From Octopus vulgaris (Eukaryota): a stretch of DNA of 64,000 nucleotides. The notes under the pieces were generated by a model. It saw only the letters and a program-made list of their open reading frames with translations. It made no database searches and was not told the origin of the DNA. Location of the stretch: positions 79,732,001-79,796,000 of the forward strand of contig OX597831.1 of the NCBI GenBank assembly GCA_951406725.2, written 5' to 3'. The first letter of the stretch is position 1. Every line of letters starts with the position of its first letter. Positions 40,511-53,292 of the stretch are shown here, piece by piece. The position numbers and the translations under genes are program-made.

Positions 40511-40819
40511 TAGTGGGTGAAAGATAAAAGACACCTGTCGAAGGTTCGAAGGACAGGTACACGCGCACATGTATATATAAATGTGTGTGTGTGTACATAT
40601 ATACGTATATACATATTTACATACATACATACACTGATATACACATAGATTGATGTATATATATATATATACCCTTACATAAGTATATATATATATATAC
40701 TTATATGAGTATGTATCATATATATAAATATGTATATGTGTGCATATACATATATATATATATATGTACATATATATCTACACTCACATATATTCAGCTA
40801 TAGCCTTCTTCAAACAGAT

Positions 40820-41170
<351 letters not shown>

Positions 41171-42101
41171 CGAGAGGTTAGATAGGTTGGTAGTTTGGTA
41201 GATACAGAGAAATGTTGAGAGGAGCGCAGAAACGGATGTATATATATACATTCGTAATTATATAAACTACTTAATCGAAATGTATTTCAAATATCACTTC
41301 CGTATCATGGATATACACATATACGGACCCATGCCTACATGTGTGTGTGTCTGTACCTGTTCATGCATTTATGCATGTGAGTCTCACTCCCTCGCTCTCT
41401 TTCCCTCCACCCCTCCCCCGCCGTCTAACCTCTGCTGCTTCATCGGACAAAGAATACCTTCCAAGATTCGCAATCAATACACGATGAATAGTCATACTGC
41501 CTGAGGACAGAGCGCCAACAACAACGTCTTACTCTTGTAATTAACTAATATTAATTTCCATTACACAATTGGCTAACAACCACCACCACCACAACCACCC
41601 CCACCCCCACCACCACCACCACCACCACCACCACCACCACCGCTGCCACCTCTACAGCGACCACCCTCACTGCTGCCACGACGACTGCCAATCACTACGG
41701 CAATGACGAGGACTACTAATATAACAACCACCAGCAGCACAATAACGACGACGATGTCTATGAAGCAGCATAGAACAACCCTCCAACTGTTCTACTTCTA
41801 AAACCCTGCAAAACCTGCATTCCTGATCCCTACGAAAATATTCTATCCGATCTATTTGCATGTTGGCTGAGTATCAGAAACTTTGAACGAAGTGATTCTA
41901 ACATCGATTGATAACAGTAAAAGCAGAGTATACATCGCTTTTTTTTAATATCTTTTAATTATTTTCTTTCAGACGTCCGACTGCAGCCATGCTGGAGCAC
42001 TGCTGTGAAGGGTTTGGTCGAACACATCGAACCCAGGACATTTTAAAACCGTTTTTTTTTTTTGCCTTATCGCAAAGTTACGTAGACATGAGCTCGCAGA
42101 A

Positions 42102-42333
42102 AAGGCGGCGAGCTGGCAGAAACGTTAGCGCACCGGGCGAAATGCTTGCCGGTATTTCGTCTGTCGTTACGTTGTGAGTTCAAATTCCGCCGAGGTCGAC
42201 TTTGCCTTTCATCCTTTCGGGGTTGATAAATTAAGTACCAGTTACCCACTGGGGTCGATGTAATCGACTTAATCCGTTTGTCTGTCCTTGTTTGTCCCCT
42301 CTATGTTTAGCCCCTTGTGGGTAGTAAAGAAAT
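42102..42333 (+). mobile_element. Full-length MetaSINE-like copy, Tx1-type tail
   Basis: AAGGCGGCGAGCTGGCAG...GCCCCTTGTGGGTAGTAAAGAAATA. Confidence 0.9.
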
Positions 42334-42399
42334 ATATATACAACACCGGTTGCCGAGCGGAGCTGGCGGAGAAGTAGACACACGCACGTATAATACATA

Positions 42400-43020
42400 C
42401 GTACTATCATCAAGGTATTATCGATCAATGAGACATGATGTTGGGGCTTGGAAACTGTATAACGAGATCTGTCGAAATGATAACCCCGAAGACAAAGAAA
42501 TAAGAACACACAATATGGTAGAAGCCATAGACACTCACATTAAAAAGGAGTACTATTGGAATGTATAGGTGAAGACTTTAATAATATGTAAACACAATAG
42601 ACCTGACATAATGATTTGGGATAAAGAGAAGAGAATATGTGCACAGTTGTGGAAATTAGCTGCCCAGCGGATGTTAATATTAAGCTGAAGATTAGTGAAA
42701 AAGAAAATACCTACGCCGAACTATTGAGAAATCTGCATCTACTCTATCCAGATTACAAGTTTAGGTTTATATCTGTAATTATTGGGACCGTGGGATATGT
42801 AACACATTGCCTAAATACCAATCTTGAGAAATTACGCTTCTCAAAATCAGAAAAGAAAAAGCTGATTCGAAGATTACAGATCCAATCCATCACTGGAACT
42901 GTATAAGTTTGTAAAAATTTTCAGTTTATCATTCAAGTATATATCAGCATGTTTAGATATGCGAGTATATGTATGGATGGGAAGACATACATAAAACAAA
43001 ACATACAAATCTGCGCACAT
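42400..43020 (+). mobile_element. RLE-type non-LTR retrotransposon 3' end adjoining (CATA)n(CAGA)n
   Basis: YYRSMRHD, HNRPDIMIWD, VVEISCP, EKENTY and VIIGTVG; 5' flank ATACATAC and 3' flank (ACAT)n. Confidence 0.82.
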
Positions 43021-43036
43021 ACATACATACATACAT

Positions 43037-43125
<89 letters not shown>

Positions 43126-44403
43126 TATACAGTAAACACTCGACGAGGGATGACTATAAATTCCCTAAAATTGACAAGATCATTATCTTTTCCTTTCTCC
43201 TTGTGATAAGTCCAGATTAACTGTAACCGCTTGTTGCGATCGGACAAAATGCTTCACGGCATTTCACTACGTGGTCGGCTTTACCTTTCATGCTTTCGGG
43301 GTCGATAAAATAAGTACCAGTAAAGTGCTGGGGTCAATGCAATACACTTCTCCTTCCCTCAAAAACTGTTTACCCTGTGCCAAAATTTGGAACCATTATT
43401 TTTGTTCTTGGTATTGTTAGAGGCGGTTGTGGCAGTGGTAGTGGCGTGAGTTGTATTGCTGTTTGTTATTGTGGTGATGGTGGTAGTGATGGTATTATCT
43501 TTGTTGTTGTTAGAGTTGCTGATATTAAGGATATTTTTCAATTGTGTGGCGGCGGTAGCGGTTATGTTAGTGGTGGTACTAAGTCTGTACCGTCAGGATT
43601 GACCTAGATAGTATCAGCCAGAAAAGCAACGACATCCTTCAGCCCTTTTTAACTCTAAACTTCTTCAACCCCACCCCCACGCTTTTAAAACGCTTCAACT
43701 TCCGGTGGCTTTCCAGACACCTTAAATTTACATCGACACAGTTTAACCACCAAATTTTCTATCGCCCTCTATTCTCTGAAACAACTTCATTCCAAAAACC
43801 TTTATCTCACCACAGCTCCCCAGTTCATTTCTCCCCATTTTATTCCTAATACTCAGCAATTTCATCATTTATCTCTTTCTTTTAAGCCCCTAATCTAACA
43901 AGGATGACTACCCGTCGTTGTATCCACCTGCGTTTGCCCCATTCCTTCTCAAAATTATTCTTTCATCCTTGATAGCTTATTTAGTTGAGTGTGATTGGAG
44001 CCAAAAGAATCTACGGCTTTCTTTTCATTGGAAGTGATAAATTTTTCGCTTGTTAACTATTTCAAATTATAAACAGTAAAACAGAACCAGTCACTTGGGA
44101 TCTTGGTAGAGTTCTTCCAACCACTTAAAGTTTTTCAAATTTTCACTACATTATTTGAAAAAAATGTTCTTCTTGTATAGTTTTACATGCTGGTGATTAA
44201 AATTGGATTCATTTGTTTTCTTCGAGATATGAATAATAACGAAATTGCAAGCGTTGGAAATTATGTAACCCAATCGAAAGTGTTCACTTAAAAGAAATTT
44301 GTCAAGTTCCTGCATAATTTATACCAAAAACTAAATTTAGAATATATGGCTTTGTAAAAGATGTTATATTTTTGAATTTAAAAATATCAACATCCGCTTC
44401 AAA

Positions 44404-44449
<46 letters not shown>

Positions 44450-44859
44450 TGCTATTTCTAAAAGTTCGGTATGTGGCGAAGCAAACTTTTTTGCTGAACC
44501 CTAATTATAATTATACTCATAATTATATAAAGTAATGTTTAAGTTTACCTTAAACGGTCCTTTTAACATACTGATCACTACTTGGTAGAATGATTAAGTA
44601 CTAATTAATTAATTAATTTTACCCTTCTTTTATTCTTTAAATTGTTTCAGTCATTTGACTGCGGCCATGTTGGAGTACCACCTTTAGTGGAACAAATCGA
44701 CCCCAGGACTTATTCTTTGTAAGCCTAGTACTTATTCTATCGGTTCCTTTTCCCCGAACCGCAAAGTTACAGAGACATAAACACGCCAACATTGATTGTA
44801 AAGCGATGCCGGGGGGAGGGGAACAAACACACACACACACACATATATATATAAACTAT

Positions 44860-45058
44860 AAAAATAGAACAAACACAAGAAAAAAACAACGCGGGTACGT
44901 GTTACATGCAAATTATTAGCAGATACTCAGGAAAGGAAAGCAAGGTGGTTTTACGTTTCGAGCAAAGCTCTTCTTCAGAAACAGAGGACAGAGGCAAGTC
45001 TAAGTCAAAAAGAGGACGGAGAGAAAAAATCGCCAACGATTCACATGTGGTTACATTT
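44860..45058 (-). mobile_element. Penelope-like terminal fragment
   Basis: Homolog of 23645-23862. Confidence 0.65.
44948..44982 (-). ncRNA. Minimal type I hammerhead ribozyme
   Basis: GTTT-CTGAAGA-A-GAGC-TTT-GCTC-GAAA-CGTA^AAAC. Confidence 0.75.
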
Positions 45059-45059
45059 C

Positions 45060-45634
45060 GAAAGGACGAAGGATTTCATAGGCGCCGCAGGAGTGTGCTT
45101 TCATCTGGGCAACACGCACATTGTCAACTGAGGCGTTGTCTTGGAGGAGATGGACTCCTTTGGTCAGCATGCCACGCCTCTCTGCTTTGATGGCGTCCCG
45201 CAGTATCTGCAGCAGAACAACATAATACATTGTGGTGTGCTTTATGGATTGTGTCGTCATCAATAGCAGAATGTGGCCGTCCAGGAATAGAAGCAGTTTC
45301 CACCGATGTCCGACCACATTTGAACTGGCGATGCCAGAGCTTGACTACGTCGTACGATGGTGAACCGTCACCATCAACTTCTTTCGTCTCATCGAAAGTC
45401 TCTTTTGGTGTACGACCGTTCAAGTATAAGACCCTGATCACTGATCTGCATTCAACTGCCTCCATTATGAGACGTTAGTCCACTTAAGCAGTTGTAAAAG
45501 AGAAAAGAATACGAGGGGAAAGCTGCAATTTACAATGTGACATGTACGGACATGTATAATTATATCTGTAAAAATTCCGTTTCTTGCAATAACCGGAAGC
45601 GGGTCAGCGGAAATCTTGAATGAATATCCCCTCG
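45060..45634 (-). mobile_element. Deleted mariner transposon
   Basis: TA+CGAGGGG terminus; MEAVECRSVIRVLYL..PSYDVVKLWHRQF..GRP and KGVHLLQDNA. Confidence 0.85.
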
Positions 45635-46639
45635 TATATATACATATATTTTTTTATTATTATTAGGTATCAGAGCATTTAAAAATAAGTAGTATATAAA
45701 TACATTTTATTTCATATCTTTCTCTTTTCCCAACAAGTTAATTTCAATATTTCGAAATTAAAAGGTTAGTTTTCCATCTGCCTAATATCTAAGCGTTAAT
45801 ATTCATTTCTACTTAATCAATACCATGCATTTGTGAATAATAGCATCGTTAGTTAAAAGTTACCAACGGAGCCAATTAGTAGCGCATTCCATTTTCTAAG
45901 ACAAGGATGCTGTTTTTCTTTTCTTCCTTTTACCCTGCCTGTCGTGTATGCAGGTTTATTTATTTTGGTGTGTGTGTATTCTTGGAGGGGTAAATGGCCG
46001 AAGTATTTGTAGTACGAACTTTGAGGAATATGTAGTTTTACAATTGAAAAACTGCCGTTGAAAAAGAAAACGGAGGATGTATAGTTTAAATTCTTTATTG
46101 CCTACCAGAGGCCAACACAGCGTGGGGAAGATGTATAGTTTAAAAGAAAAGCAATACAGAGGCGCAAAAAATAGCTGAATGCTTACAGAAGTTCACCCTA
46201 GCAAAGGCGAGGTTTCACATTCAATCCCAGTGCGCGGTACCTCTGGTAATCTTTACTAATATAGCTCCGTCCGAACAATAACACACGAGTGAATTCGGTA
46301 GACGGAAGCCATGTGCAGGCGTATCATCACTTGATAACTGGCGTTGGTTTGTTTACGTCCTTTTAGCCGTTTGTCAGAAATGAGACTGATAGAATAAGCA
46401 TCAGACTCAAGAATGTCTCGCCGTCGAACCAATGTTTCAGTCTTCGCAATATCAACTCGCATCCCCGTTTTGTTTTGCATCTCAAGTTAGCCGAAGATTT
46501 ATGATTGTTAGAGAGGGACCCTTAGAACGACTCAACATAGTCTTTTAATAGTAAACTATTTTATAGATGTGACATATGGTACTATTATATATTTTAAAAA
46601 ATTATTAGGAAACAAACTAACACAGCCCAAAAAAGTAGA

Positions 46640-46961
46640 TTCCCTTCTGTCATGACTGACCATGAGATTGCACCGAGAAAGTTCCCCTCCCGAGACACAG
46701 GTCCGGGCAAGACTGTTTATGGAAGACCAGCAATCGCCCATGCTTACCAGCCTCCCCTCCTTTCCACGCCACTGATGTTATCCAAGGGAAAGGTAAAGGG
46801 GCCAATACAGCTTGGTATCTATGACATTGCAACTCATTTCTGAACTGGAGCAATGTGAAATAAAGTGTCTTGCTCAAGAACACAACACACATACCAATCC
46901 TAGAATTGAACTCATTACCTCATGATTGTGAGCCCGGTGTTCTAACCATTGAGCCAGGCGT
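46640..46961 (-). mobile_element. CORE-like SINE, second copy
   Basis: Homologous to 24437-24772, including TTCTTGAGCAAGACACTTTATTTCAC. Confidence 0.82.
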
Positions 46962-48032
46962 CTAGTACAGCCTATTTCAAATGAATTTTCGATACGTTTG
47001 TGCCAGTGCCCATGTCGCAGTCGGTGCGACACAGTTTTTGATCCAAAATAATGATGTTTCAGTGAAGTTAACTGTGTGGGGGGGGGGGGGTGATCCGTGT
47101 GTTCTTGGCCGTAATTGTTTTAGAGTCAACGTATGGCCCCAGATGGAATCATTTACTTTGCAATTACATTTCTAAAATTACGGTAATCCCGATTACGTTT
47201 GCTTCTGAAGATTTCTAAGAATATCCGGAACAGTTAAGCCGTCAAAGAATTGACCACATTTGATGAAACCTGTTTTGAGGATTAAATCCTGGTTAAATCT
47301 CAATCCAGTCATGAAAAGCTTAATTTTGGTTTTAAAAGTTAACATTTTCCAAAGAACAACGGAAGATGAAATGAGGAACAGTAAGTAAGACCACGCACAG
47401 CGAATAATTTTAATCCTGACACAAGTTCAGCAGATTTTGAGAGGAGGGGAAGTTGAATACATCAACCCCCAGTATTTGACTGGTAACTTAAATTTTATTT
47501 ACTGAAACGATGATGAACGAAGTCGCCCTAAGCGGAATTTTAACTCAGAATGTAAAGCCGGAAGATATGTTGCTAAGCATGTTGTCCGACATGCTGACGA
47601 GTCTACTAGTTCTCCGAGTCAAGCACGGGGATTAAAAATATAAGATTAGAATGCAGTAAAAAAAGAAAAAGAAAACAAATGTTGCTTATCAGATTAGAGT
47701 TCGAACTTAAGTAATTCCCTCAGAAAATCGTTTATTTTTATTTTGTATTCTTGCTTTCCAATTACAGTTTTAAAAGGTAGCTCAAGGGAAAGCGTAGTCA
47801 GTCTAGTAAAGAATCACCAGCGAAGTCGCCCTGGGTGGAATTTGAACTCAAAATGTAAAGCCGGAAGAAATATTGCTAAACATTTTGTCCGACATGCTAG
47901 TAAAGGTTTATTCGAAACCTTACGAGAAAGACAGAGACAGACAAAGCGAAGAATACAACATTATTAGCAAGGATGAAGATTATGAAGACATATTTTCGAG
48001 AGAGAAAAAGATTGTTCGTTTATGATTGGTTT

Positions 48033-48835
48033 TTAACCCTTTGCCTGACCGAAGAAGTTTCAATTTATCCCCAATGTCCACGCTTGATTTCAGACGTTTA
48101 GTTAGCCCTTGTTCTATACGCTCTGAGCAAAATGAAGCTTCCCTAACACCGAAGTTATACGGGTGGTTAAGAAAAAAAAATGGGAGTGCGTAACATATGA
48201 TGCGTGGTCACCAGGGAAATGTCTCATGTGTCCCACGTGATACCCAGGACAGGCAAAAGGTTTTATCTAGAATAATTTCATTGAGAAAGTTTTATAGCGA
48301 TAATAACCCCTTATATATTCCAAGAATTTTCAGAAGTCTTCCCTAAGCGTCCATGCTTCTTTTCAGACGTGTAATGAACCCTTGATTCACAAGTTCCGAG
48401 TATGATAAAGCCTTCTTTTCCTCAGTCCCAAGTTACTCTGATGATTGAAAAGAAAAAAAGGTAATGCGTATCATACGATGATTGGACATCAGGGAAATGT
48501 CTTGTGCATCACATGGGATACACAGAATAAGCAACGGGTTTAATCTATTATAATTCCATTGACATCTAAGAAGCTCTACAGCTCTATCAACTCCTTGTGT
48601 AGTCCAAGCATTTTCAGAAGTTTACCCTTGATGTCCATGCTTGTCTTCTGCCTTGTAGTGAGCTCTTGTTTCATACGCTCTCTGTACTAATACAAAGCTT
48701 TCCTTTCATAATTCCCAAGTTACTCTGATGGTTGAGAAATAAAAAATGAGAATGTGCATCGTACACGATTCATGGACATCAGGGAAATATATCCTGTGTA
48801 TCACATGTGAAACACAGGACAAGCAAGGAGTTGAA
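48033..48835. repeat. About 280-bp diverged tandem repeat (about 2.8 units) with piggyBac-like ends
   Basis: Units restart at AGAAGT near 48054, 48332 and 48616; TTAA-CCCTTTGCCTG at the left end and its degenerate inverse within each unit. Confidence 0.8.
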
Positions 48836-48859
48836 ATATATTACTAATACTGGCTTCAT

Positions 48860-49466
48860 GTTTTTCCACAAGAATAGCAATTTTAGGGGAGGGGAGGAGC
48901 CGATTACCTCGACCTCGATGCGCAACTGATACTTATTTTATCGACCCCGAAAGGATGAAAGACAAAGTAGACCATGGCGAAATTTGAACTCAGAACGGGG
49001 CAATAGGCGAAATACCTATTTCTTTACTACTCACATGGGGCTAAACACAGAGAGGACAAACAAGGACAGACAAACGGATTAAGTCGATTATATCGACCCC
49101 AGTGTGTAACTGGTACTTATTTAATCGACCCCGAAAGGATGAACGGCAAAGTCGACATTGGCGGAATTTGAACTCAGAACGTAGCGGCAGACGAAATACC
49201 GCTGAGCATTTCGTCCAACGTGTTAACGATACTGCCAGCTCGCTGCCTTAAAATATGATCTTTTTTCTATTCTAGAAACAAGGCCCGAAATTTTGAGGGA
49301 GGGAGCCAGTCCATTAGACCAACCCCAGTACATAACTGATACTTAATTTACCGACCTCGAACGGATGAGATGCAAAGTCGACCTCGACGGAATTTGAACT
49401 CAGAACATAAAGACAGACGAAATATCGCTAAGCATTTCGCTAACGTTTCTGCCAGGTCTCCGCCTT
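48860..49466 (-). mobile_element. Cluster of three MetaSINE-like copies
   Basis: Core motif occurs three times; the middle copy (49017-49249) has the Tx1-type tail. Confidence 0.88.
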
Positions 49467-50322
49467 AAAATAGGTTACCAATAACCAAATAAAAAGTCTG
49501 CATGCAGAGAGGAACACAGCAAAGTATCTGTTCGGTTTATATTCCGAACCACGTGAATTAAATTGAGGAGATGTTAGTATTTCCGTAAGTGTAGTTCCTT
49601 TTAGCTGAAGAAGAATGCATTCTTAGGAATAAATTCAGTATTTTATTAAAAATATGTTGATTGTCGGTGCTAGTGTTCTGGTATTAAAAATAAAACTAAA
49701 TGCTACCATTTATAAAGGAATAGGGGCTATTATCGTGTATTTCTGTGGAGAATCACGATTAGATGTATTTCTTTTTAATGGTTAGTGGGGAAAGAAAAGC
49801 AGGGAGTAAAAAAATTTTTTTAAAAAGATAAATATATTGTCCAAACTTTGGTAAAATCATTTATAGTGATTCAAATAGTTTCAGTGTGTGTGTGTGTATA
49901 CTTCCTTCAGAAATTAAAAATATTAGCGTTTTATCGAACAAGGTGATAGAAATAGGATTGTGGCAGACATTACTGTATGAAGTCTAAAAATTCTTGTTCA
50001 AAAATATTGGTTTTAAATTCTGGCACAAGGCCAGCAATTTCGGGGCGGGGGGATAAGTCGATTACATCGACCCCAGTACACAAGTGGTACTTATATTATC
50101 TACTCAGAAAGGATGAAAGGCAAAGTCAACCTCAAAGGAATTTGAACTCAGAACGTCAAGAAATACGAAAGGCCGCCTTATTCTGGTTTAAAACAAAAAT
50201 ATTAAAAATTGACTGAAGCGTTCAAACTTTAAATGGAAAGACTATTATTGTTCGATATGTGTACACCCATACAAACCCCTCTTTTTAAGGGCGCATGTCA
50301 GGGGATTTCAAAATGCAATTTT

Positions 50323-52290
50323 TTAAAAATCATCAGCTGACCCTTTGGTGATTTCATTGGGTTCAAATGAACCCGAGTGGACGACTCCCTCAGAGTTTGG
50401 ATCAACCCTCGAGTATGGTTTGTTTGAATGGGTGTTTACAGCAGAAGCACCTTGAATACTGCAGTGAATAGGGGTCAGCAGCGGCGGCTTCTCCTCCTCT
50501 TGAAAATCTCCACTAGATAAGGTGGGATGGGAACTTATTCTCGCCTCTTCAGAAATATGTGAAGACGCAACCGATTCCGAAGATATATCGTCATCGATTT
50601 CTTCAATACGAGGGTTACATTGCTCTACGTTCGTATCGATAGGAACGGATGGAAATATAAATTGGGGAAAAGAAAAATTGAATGCTTGCGCTGCTTCTTC
50701 AGAGTTTGAAGAACCAGGTTGATATATCCAACAAAGTTCCGTATTATCATCTGCCGAAGCTTCCTTGTAGGACTGCGGAAATAATTCTAGGGATTTTTCA
50801 CTAGATTCCGATTCTGAAGAAATCTTGTGTTGCAAGGTCTGAACATTTAAACTTTCCTTAATGGTCGGATTTTCATCCTTTAAAGTAATAGACCTCGTTA
50901 AGGGGCTGGGCAGGTCGAGTTCTTGGCGGAGGATATCTGTATTAAATCCAGGCTGTCCTTTACTAGAACCGCTATATTTCAATTCCCAAAGTCGTAAACT
51001 GTCCATAACTTGATCCACTTCATCATACAATTCAGAGAAGGGTTTGGAAATCGAATCATCCTTTTCAAGGGATGCGATCGAAGGAGCATAACAAGACGGG
51101 GTCGGTTGCCAAGAGATCTTTACGTCTTCCCACTTAATAGGGGTTTTTGATAGGGCGATCGATCGTTCTAAAGCTGCAAAATATCTCCAATCTCTCTTCC
51201 CATAAACGAAAGATAAATTATTGAAATCGACGATCGTTCGAGATTTGGCGCTTGAGCGGGTTCGTAAAGGTACCATGATAGAAGTTGCAGCCGCCGCAGC
51301 AGCAGCTGTTGGACGGTTGGTGTTCATGTCTGTCTCGACTGTTTCTCCGAATTCCTCCAGTTGTCGAAATTTAGCTGAGCAGAAATCTTCATCTGTTTGG
51401 GTCGCGGCATCAACTTTTTCTAGAACTATATCTGCGATCGTTTGCAAATCGACCTCACTTAATGTATCTTTAAAAGATTCACGAATACCAGTTTGGCGAG
51501 TAAGAGTGTCCTTAATTTCTGTACGAGAGGCTGGGCCCTTTCGTAAACGCATTTTGAGAATATCGTTTCTTTCATAATAAAGCTTATGGGCTTTGGTGAT
51601 GGCTTCTGCCCTAGTTACTTTGGCTGGCGAATCTACATCACATAAAATGATTTTATATTTTGATGGATAATTAGCTGAACTCCACAGGGTGTTAGCTAAA
51701 ACTGCCTTTGAGGTGGTTTTTATTTTACTTACATCTTTTTTCTGAACTACGAGTTCCGGATTTTTAGTGTAATCGCGATTTCTACCAGAGACCTTTTTTG
51801 ACGAGATGGCTGGCTCCATATTTTTGCTGGGCTCCAAACTTCTTTCTTGCACCGCTTTTGACCTGACAACTAGATCCGTATCCTTACTGGGCTCTAAAAT
51901 TCTCTCAGACATCACTTTTGAGGAGACAACTAATTCTATTTCTTCAGTATGATCCCCATTTTTTTCCGGGGTCTCTTTTGACGGGGAGGTAGAAAAATGG
52001 CTGGAAATTGCCGGTTTTCTTCTACTTACATCATATTTTGTTTCCACAAGTTCTTTCGTAACTTCGGTGGAATCCACAATTTCTACAGGTGACTCTTCCC
52101 CCGAAGAAATAGAAATATGGCTTGACAAACTTGGTGGGGCTTCAAAGAAGACTGCCTTTCTTTCATTCTCCTTCTTCTCCTCTGTTAATGGTACCAATGT
52201 TGGAACATCGTTTACTTCATCTTCTTTAGCGTTACTCTTCTCCCCATGGGCTGTTACTGACGAAATACCATCGCTATGGCGTGCGGCCAT
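50323..52290 (-). CDS. 655-aa Ser/Glu/Lys-rich protein of unknown function (single long exon, possibly a terminal exon)
   Basis: About 2-kb stop-free non-repetitive ORF in a stop-rich background; AAAAATGG start context; polypyrimidine tract + CAG acceptor 6 nt upstream (52297). No recognisable domain or TE motif. Confidence 0.8.
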   Translation of the reverse strand: MAARHSDGISSVTAHGEKSNAKEDEVNDVPTLVPLTEEKKENERKAVFFEAPPSLSSHISISSGEESPVEIVDSTEVTKELVETKYDVSRRKPAISSHFSTSPSKETPEKNGDHTEEIELVVSSKVMSERILEPSKDTDLVVRSKAVQERSLEPSKNMEPAISSKKVSGRNRDYTKNPELVVQKKDVSKIKTTSKAVLANTLWSSANYPSKYKIILCDVDSPAKVTRAEAITKAHKLYYERNDILKMRLRKGPASRTEIKDTLTRQTGIRESFKDTLSEVDLQTIADIVLEKVDAATQTDEDFCSAKFRQLEEFGETVETDMNTNRPTAAAAAAATSIMVPLRTRSSAKSRTIVDFNNLSFVYGKRDWRYFAALERSIALSKTPIKWEDVKISWQPTPSCYAPSIASLEKDDSISKPFSELYDEVDQVMDSLRLWELKYSGSSKGQPGFNTDILRQELDLPSPLTRSITLKDENPTIKESLNVQTLQHKISSESESSEKSLELFPQSYKEASADDNTELCWIYQPGSSNSEEAAQAFNFSFPQFIFPSVPIDTNVEQCNPRIEEIDDDISSESVASSHISEEARISSHPTLSSGDFQEEEKPPLLTPIHCSIQGASAVNTHSNKPYSRVDPNSEGVVHSGSFEPNEITKGSADDF

Positions 52291-52717
52291 TTTTGTCTGC
52301 GAGAACCGAAAGAAAAAATACAGTACAGGAGCTCTTTGTCGTGGAGGGAAGAAAACAGAAGCCTCTATTCGGACACGTGTCTCTTAAATAAGACTACCTT
52401 TCCCCGCCACCAAACAATTTTGTAAAGAATCATGGGAAGAATTACAACATACTTGTCTCTTTTATCAATTGCACACACACACACACTGAAAAAGTATTTA
52501 TTAAAATCGATAAATCATAATACAAAATGGAAATAAGCACATTTTATATGTTCATGCGGTTAACATCGTTTTCACGACTCATTTTCACCCCTTTTTCATC
52601 CTTATCATACGCTTATGTTTTTGTGGTGTTTTGTGTCCCCAATGTATTGTAATGTCCCCTCTATGTAAGACATTTATGGTTAATAAAAAATCCCATTTTA
52701 TATGTTCACAGCTGTGA

Positions 52718-53129
52718 TTTGGAAGTCGAGAGTGAAAGGAGTAATGACAGGTAGCTTCGTCTCCGGCCTCACATTGGTGAATGTCTTCGCCTTTCACCTG
52801 AAAAGGAAAGTGGGGCTAGAGAGGAGATGCCTGTCAGCGAGAATGTACAAAGATAGATGGATGTGTGTAGCACGAATGCTGGGTATGAAAGACTCTACGT
52901 GGTACGCTATAAAGGTGGCCAGAAGGGGTCGGTAGAGAAGCAGGGCTCGTGGGGTCGGAGCCTGTTTTAATACCTCATTTCTGCTTTTATTGTTTTGTAA
53001 TTGTCTTTTGTTTATCATTCGATTTTCATATTTGCTCATTTAATTTTATAACCATCCGTATGTGTCTGACCCCTATCAGGCTGTATTGTCCCCTCTGTAT
53101 GCCCCCTTGTGGGAAATAAAGAAAAAATT
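52718..53129 (+). mobile_element. Tx1/L1-clade LINE 3' end with 23-bp TSD
   Basis: ATTTTATATGTTCACAGCTGTGA at 52695-52717 and 53130-53152; WKSRVKG..FHLKRKVGLERR; tail TGTCCCCTCTGTATGCCCCCTTGTGGGAAATAAAGAAA. Confidence 0.9.
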
Positions 53130-53220
53130 ATTTTATATGTTCACAGCTGTGAGCGTTGTAGTTATGAAGTTCTCCTCTCAACCACAAGGTAGTGAGTTCT
53201 CTTTCACTGGGTCTAATTTC

Positions 53221-53292
<72 letters not shown>

